Assembly: GCA_964385105.1 (NCBI GenBank)
Contig: CAYLMU010000001.1
Coordinates: 66,252-130,251, forward strand
Direction: 5' to 3'
Length of the DNA: 64,000 bases
Source of the DNA: an uncultured Candidatus Saccharibacteria bacterium
GTDB taxonomy: Bacteria > Patescibacteriota > WWE3 > UBA101185 > UBA10185
Shown here: positions 59,709 to 64,000 of the stretch, piece after piece
How the letters are laid out: every line of letters starts with the position of its first letter
Position numbering within the stretch: the stretch's first letter is position 1
The notes under the pieces: model-generated
The model's database searches: none
What the model was told of the DNA's origin: nothing
What the model saw: the letters and a program-made list of their open reading frames with translations, nothing else
Made by a program: the position numbers and the translations under genes

Positions 59709-60209
59709 GTGGTGAAAGATAGAGCTTTTGTTTTTTATTTTGTTTTCTATTGCGGGTGTTTGTTTGCAATTGCAATCGTGACCTATAGCCATCTGACTAG
59801 ACATGAAGTCATAACAGGTAAAAATCTGAGGTTTGAAACAAGTAGCGAAGAACACTTTACAATTGATGCAGAATCTGTAGTTATAGAAGGTGGTTCACCA
59901 ATGCCTTTTATACTCAAAAACGTTGAAACACTCCAAGTGATTTCTAGTACACCCGGAGTACGGCAGATTGGTAACCCTGCAAAAGACGTACATGTTTTAT
60001 CACCCGTAGAAGTTTCTGGAGGTATGTGGGTTTTTGAGTCGGGCGGTAATTATGTTGAATTACGGGTAGTTGATTCAAGCAGCACGACCATCACCATAGA
60101 AAGCACGAGGATAACAAAAGGTTTGGCTTATATAGCTACAATTATAAGTGTTTTCTTTGTTGGCGGCGTATTATTCATTATAATGGGAACGTTTCTGGTT
60201 GAGTATTAG
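59709..60209 (+). CDS. Hypothetical protein with N- and C-terminal TM helices.
   Basis: ORF with a plausible membrane topology. Confidence 0.35.
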   Translation: MVKDRAFVFYFVFYCGCLFAIAIVTYSHLTRHEVITGKNLRFETSSEEHFTIDAESVVIEGGSPMPFILKNVETLQVISSTPGVRQIGNPAKDVHVLSPVEVSGGMWVFESGGNYVELRVVDSSSTTITIESTRITKGLAYIATIISVFFVGGVLFIIMGTFLVEY

Positions 60210-60646
60210 GGATGTTTTTGTTCCTCAATCATTATTGTCGGTGGTTGAGGAACTCTTTTTATTTAATTATTCTAGTCTTAATCCTAAGCTTTTGATTTAC
60301 TTCGAGCTACACTTTCAGGAAGTGTTTCTTTCATTACTACTAAATTGGCATAACTGGTTTCAATTTTGTTCAATTTTTTCTGTGAACATGCTTATAGGTC
60401 GTACCCAGATTTTGCTCATGTCGTTATTTCTATAAGCAAGTAAACCTTCATTGCTGTGTTTTAGTAAAGTTTGTTGTATTTGTTTTTGGTTGTAACATTA
60501 TACAGTTCTTGTGGCGATGTCTTTAAAGTCGATTCCATTGAATGTTCCTGATTTAGTGCCGTTTGAAAATTTATTATGCAGAGTAATCAATAAACCTAAA
60601 AAAACAGAAATGGTAATAATTATATATAGTTAAATTTCGGTTCACT

Positions 60647-61621
60647 TTAAAACTGTGGTGTGAGTGCACCTCTATGAAGGTAAAATTCTACAAACAAAAA
60701 TAACAAGTATACTAATAGTAAAATAAATCCTTCGAGGCGTGATATTGAATTTTTGGTTCGTGCAAAGTAATAAAACATTATCAAGCCGCCAACTAAAAAC
60801 AACAAGCTTACTAAATAACTATTAGTTAAATATACAGGTTCACCGTAAACTAAAGTTAATGCACCAAGAAAAAAAGTATTGAAAGAAGCTGAACCCACAT
60901 AGTCCCCAAACGCTACTTGATTACTTTTCATAAATGCCGATCTTAAAACAAATGAAAGCTCGGGAATGTTTGTACCTATACTAATAACAAGTAAACTGAT
61001 TAAAAATGGTGAAACTTCCAATAATTCCGAAAAATAAAGTGTTTGTTCAACCACAAATTTGCTGGCAATAAAAATAACTGCTAACCCAAATAATATTCTT
61101 AACAATTCCATTCCTACTTTTGTACCTGAATTGGCATTCATTGATTTGATTTTTTCGTACAAACCGCGACGTGTTTGAATTGATATAAGTAAAAAAGCAA
61201 AAAGTACAAGTGTAATAATGGCATCAGTACGGCCAATTTTCCCATCCATTGCTAATATAACTGGAAGCGCTATAACAACAAGTGATGCCGGCAGATTATA
61301 ACCTTGTAGCTCGGGAGATATTTTGATTTTATTTCCGGTTATGGCTAATAGTGGAATAATAAGCATAAAAATAACAATAGATGCGCCGATGAGGTTTCCC
61401 ACATAAATTTCGGGATCATTTTCTATTATGGAGTTAACACCAACCGAAAACTCGCTAATTGAAGTAAAAAGCCCAAGAACAATAAAAGAAATTGCAAATG
61501 AAGACACTTTCAATAGTTTTGAAAGTCTTTCAATTGAGCCAATAGCCAAACCTGAGCCAATCCAGATTCCGCTAAATGATAGTGTGTATATTAAAAGGTG
61601 GGGCAGAATGTTATTAGGCAT
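60647..61621 (-). CDS. Ca2+:cation antiporter (CaCA / YrbG-like).
   Basis: Two alpha-repeat motifs (GNLIGASIV and GTNIPELS). Confidence 0.75.
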   Translation of the reverse strand: MPNNILPHLLIYTLSFSGIWIGSGLAIGSIERLSKLLKVSSFAISFIVLGLFTSISEFSVGVNSIIENDPEIYVGNLIGASIVIFMLIIPLLAITGNKIKISPELQGYNLPASLVVIALPVILAMDGKIGRTDAIITLVLFAFLLISIQTRRGLYEKIKSMNANSGTKVGMELLRILFGLAVIFIASKFVVEQTLYFSELLEVSPFLISLLVISIGTNIPELSFVLRSAFMKSNQVAFGDYVGSASFNTFFLGALTLVYGEPVYLTNSYLVSLLFLVGGLIMFYYFARTKNSISRLEGFILLLVYLLFLFVEFYLHRGALTPQF

Positions 61622-61670
61622 GGTTTATATAGTATCAATTTATTGTGAGGAAGTCATTTGCAGGTTTTTA

Positions 61671-61760
61671 ATGGCGGAAGGAGGGGGATTCGAACCCCCG
61701 AGGCGCTTGCGCGCCGCGTCGCTTTCCAGGCGAGCCGATTAGTCCACTCTCGCATCCTTC
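61671..61760 (-). tRNA. tRNA-Ser (anticodon GGA), class II with long variable arm, CCA encoded.
   Basis: The reverse complement folds as GGAAGGA ... CTGGAAA anticodon loop ... GGGGGTTCGAATCCCCC TCCTTCC G CCA, with a perfect acceptor stem and a canonical T arm. Confidence 0.85.
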
Positions 61761-61812
61761 CAAGGTTATGGCAGCTTACATTTTAACATTTGCATGATTA
61801 GATTAAATAGAA

Positions 61813-61843
61813 ACCCTGCATGTAATTTTTGTTAGCATGCAGG
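61813..61843 (-). terminator. Hairpin terminator downstream of the 61865-62407 gene.
   Basis: 9-bp stem CCCTGCATG / CATGCAGGG with a 13-nt loop. Confidence 0.4.
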
Positions 61844-61864
61844 GCTTATAACTTACTTGCTTTA

Positions 61865-62407
61865 TCACATTTTCATGAACCTTCTAAATAAACGAGGTAG
61901 TTCAGGTTGAACAAGTTCTATGGGCTCTTTGCCTTGCAGTACCCGTTGAGCTTGTATTTCTTCCTGAAACCGTAGAGCAATGTCTATGTTTGTAGTCCAG
62001 AGATTTGGTTGCACATACCAAACAGGAATGCTTTGAATTCCCTTTTTGGCTTTTACCGGGAATTTAAGAGCAATCCCGTATCCGGGTATATCAAACGATC
62101 GAATCCTTTCGACGGTTGGTTTTAAGGGGTGGTCTGACATCTCTATATAGTTAGGTATAACATATATTCTGTACCACTCCCCATATGACGTAAAATCTAA
62201 GGCCTCACCAACATTTGGAGTCAAAAACAAAAATACAGGGACGCTCCTTTCTATAACGCCTCCCAAATACAGATGTTTGGCTCTTTCAAAAACTTGACGT
62301 TTAGCATGCCATAATAACTGCGAAATTACTCTTATGCACGTTTTTCGCTCTTCATTACGTGCTCCACGTATACTAATTACCTCGTATCTTAATTCACCGC
62401 TAAGCAT
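61865..62407 (-). CDS. Hypothetical protein (180 aa).
   Basis: ORF only. Confidence 0.45.
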   Translation of the reverse strand: MLSGELRYEVISIRGARNEERKTCIRVISQLLWHAKRQVFERAKHLYLGGVIERSVPVFLFLTPNVGEALDFTSYGEWYRIYVIPNYIEMSDHPLKPTVERIRSFDIPGYGIALKFPVKAKKGIQSIPVWYVQPNLWTTNIDIALRFQEEIQAQRVLQGKEPIELVQPELPRLFRRFMKM

Positions 62408-62463
62408 CTCTAACTCCTTTTATCAGTAAATGTGAAAATTAAAAGCTATTAAGGGTTTAGAAT

Positions 62464-62769
62464 TTATTCCTTCTTTTTGTCGAGAAGTTTGTCGAGTTTT
62501 AAACCCTTAAACACGTAGTACACAACAATTGCTATAACCACAAAATCCAACAAACTACTTAAAAAGTTGCCATATAGCACTTCGCTTCCTGCAATTGTGA
62601 ATTTTAGCTCTTTAAGATTTTCAGGCTTGCCCAAAAAGATTCCCACCACGGGGTTTACAATATCGCTTACTAATGAACGTGCTACAGTAGATGCCGCACC
62701 TCCAAGCATAAAACCTATTGCAAGACCCATAACGCCTTGTTCGCGAATGAAATCTATGAAGCCTTTCAT
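62464..62769 (-). CDS. mscL: Large-conductance mechanosensitive channel.
   Basis: ~100 aa with two TM helices and an MscL-like N-terminus (FIDFIREQGVMGLAIGFMLGGAA). Confidence 0.75.
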   Translation of the reverse strand: MKGFIDFIREQGVMGLAIGFMLGGAASTVARSLVSDIVNPVVGIFLGKPENLKELKFTIAGSEVLYGNFLSSLLDFVVIAIVVYYVFKGLKLDKLLDKKKE

Positions 62770-62917
62770 GTTGTTATTAAATACTATTTGTTGCTGGTTG
62801 GCAAATGTTTGATTAAGAGTGTGGAGTGAAATTATTCATCCATGTATCAAATGAGTATTTTATAAAAAGAATCCCCCTCAGAAATTTAATATCTTCGGGG
62901 GTTGTTAGGATAACAAC

Positions 62918-63409
62918 TTAAGGGTGTGGTGGAACAACAACAAACGGTTTTGATCCAACTTTCACACCTGAGTATGTTAATGCCAGCGAATGTCTGCATG
63001 TATATGCTTTATATGCATACAATGGCTGTTCAGTAGTATCATCACAGGTGATTGTACCCAATTGTTCTCCTGGTTTTAATTTGGAGAGTTCACCTGACCA
63101 TACCCAGCCGTCATCCACTCGAACCAAGGTGTTGCTTGACCAGGAAATATTTAGTGCGCCGCTCTCACAGTAGGGAAGTTCTTCCCATACACCTTCGAGA
63201 GACGGTGTAAACTCCCATACCTTGAATCCACTTCCGGCTGCATCAAAGCCCCAGCAGGTAACTTCCGCTTCGGGTTCGACTTCAGGGAATTCAATAATTA
63301 TAACCTGTCGTTCCGGGGTTGGCTGTACCTCGGAGGTCGGTTGAATACCACATGCCGATAAAATGGCACAAGTAAAAGCAATCAATACTAAAAATCTAAG
63401 CTGTTTCAT
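62918..63409 (-). CDS. Hypothetical lipoprotein.
   Basis: Lipobox LSACG. Confidence 0.5.
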   Translation of the reverse strand: MKQLRFLVLIAFTCAILSACGIQPTSEVQPTPERQVIIIEFPEVEPEAEVTCWGFDAAGSGFKVWEFTPSLEGVWEELPYCESGALNISWSSNTLVRVDDGWVWSGELSKLKPGEQLGTITCDDTTEQPLYAYKAYTCRHSLALTYSGVKVGSKPFVVVPPHP

Positions 63410-63606
63410 CTAAATAGTCTCCTTGTGTTGTGGGTAATTTCTGGCGTTATTATACTATAGGGTATATATTAAGTCAATTCTTACACGCTTCTTTTTCATT
63501 TGTATTGAGCTTATTTGTGTGATCTCACTTACTGGTGGGCGACTGTGTACGAAGTTAGACATTATTTTATCACCTAGATTAGGTTAATATATGTTGCTTT
63601 AACAGT

Positions 63607-63635
63607 TTGACATTAAACCTATAGTAGGTTATAGT
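63607..63635 (+). promoter_or_regulatory. Near-consensus sigma70 promoter TTGACA-17-TATAGT upstream of the GC-rich gene.
   Basis: Perfect -35 hexamer, 17-nt spacer, 5/6 -10 hexamer; RBS AGGAG lies 8 nt before the ATG at 63678. Confidence 0.5.
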
Positions 63636-63677
63636 TGGGAAAGCTTTAATCAACCATCCCAAATTAGGAGAAAAAAT

Positions 63678-63947
63678 ATGTTTACTCTCGGAATTACCCT
63701 GCTCGTGGTTGGTGCCGTTATCGGCGTGGGCGCTTTCATCTTCGCTGCTGTAAATATGGGGCGTGCCTTCAAAGACCCGTTCAGCATGCTCGATATGGAT
63801 GAAACCTCCGGCAAGAAGAAAAGCGGATTCGCCGGCTTTTTCGGGGGTCATGTCGGCGCGATGATCGCCATGTCTATGGGCGGTCTGGTGTCCTTCGTTG
63901 GCATTGTCCTCATTATCGTTTGGGTGGCGCAGAAGTTCATCGGCTAA
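63678..63947 (+). CDS. Small two-TM membrane protein encoded by a GC-rich (~55%) segment.
   Basis: Good RBS, two hydrophobic helices. GC content is markedly above the rest of the window and stays high to the window end. Confidence 0.5.
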   Translation: MFTLGITLLVVGAVIGVGAFIFAAVNMGRAFKDPFSMLDMDETSGKKKSGFAGFFGGHVGAMIAMSMGGLVSFVGIVLIIVWVAQKFIG

Positions 63948-64000
63948 CACACTCCCGCCCCGTACGACCAAAGGCCTTAGTGATAAGTGTTCAAACACTC

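Noticed and set aside
60199-60435. 78-aa ORF overlapping the end of 59709-60209; considered as a frameshifted extension.
   Set aside because: Its translation is low-complexity (Leu/Phe/Ser) with no membrane or domain logic; more likely non-coding.
61428-61742. 104-aa plus-strand ORF spanning the CaCA gene end and the tRNA-Ser.
   Set aside because: It overlaps a high-confidence tRNA gene and the antisense strand of the antiporter.
63579-63998. 139-aa minus-strand ORF in the GC-rich terminal segment.
   Set aside because: A long antisense ORF is expected by chance in high-GC DNA. The plus-strand ORF has the RBS, the promoter and a TM topology.

Overview
This is an AT-rich (about 33-36% GC), gene-dense bacterial chromosome segment. 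Its gene content and Gram-positive-type wall genes (MurT/GatD, tandem FemAB, no outer-membrane genes) suggest a small-genome Candidate Phyla Radiation / Patescibacteria-like organism.

The window contains the replication-origin neighbourhood. The operon rpmH-rnpA-yidD-yidC-jag lies on the minus strand, with dnaN displaced to its far end. dnaA lies on the plus strand, followed by a 420-bp AT-rich stretch carrying perfect TTATCCACA boxes that I take to be oriC.

Immediately left of dnaN is a 12-kb type-IV-secretion/conjugative-pilus-like locus (995-13312), which is the most interesting feature. It holds five paralogous VirB2/TrbC-like pilins, one of them fused to a ~230-aa cysteine-rich ectodomain. 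It also holds a 1078-aa protein with a C-terminal papain-fold (CHAP / NlpC-P60) cell-wall hydrolase domain, a VirB6-like polytopic protein, a PrgI/VirB3-like protein fused to a long cell-wall-spanning linker, and a VirB4 ATPase preceded by an extra VirB4-N-like ORF. No VirD4, VirB11 or relaxase is seen in the window.

The remainder is mostly housekeeping: murT/gatD, greA, metG, rmuC, two UvrD-family helicases (one fused to a Cas4-like Fe-S nuclease), ksgA, gap, trxA, pgi, uppS, dnaG-rpoD, mscL and tRNA-Ser(GGA). There is also a surface-glycosylation cluster with two GT39 / ArnT-like transferases.

Smaller oddities:
- a non-canonical tRNA-like cloverleaf with encoded CCA (38624-38697)
- a terminator hairpin in the greA leader
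- an NAD-epimerase::DUF4012 fusion
- gene remnants (a pilin 3' fragment and a NUDIX fragment)
- two compositionally anomalous GC-rich genes (39808-40296, and 63678-window end behind a near-consensus promoter)
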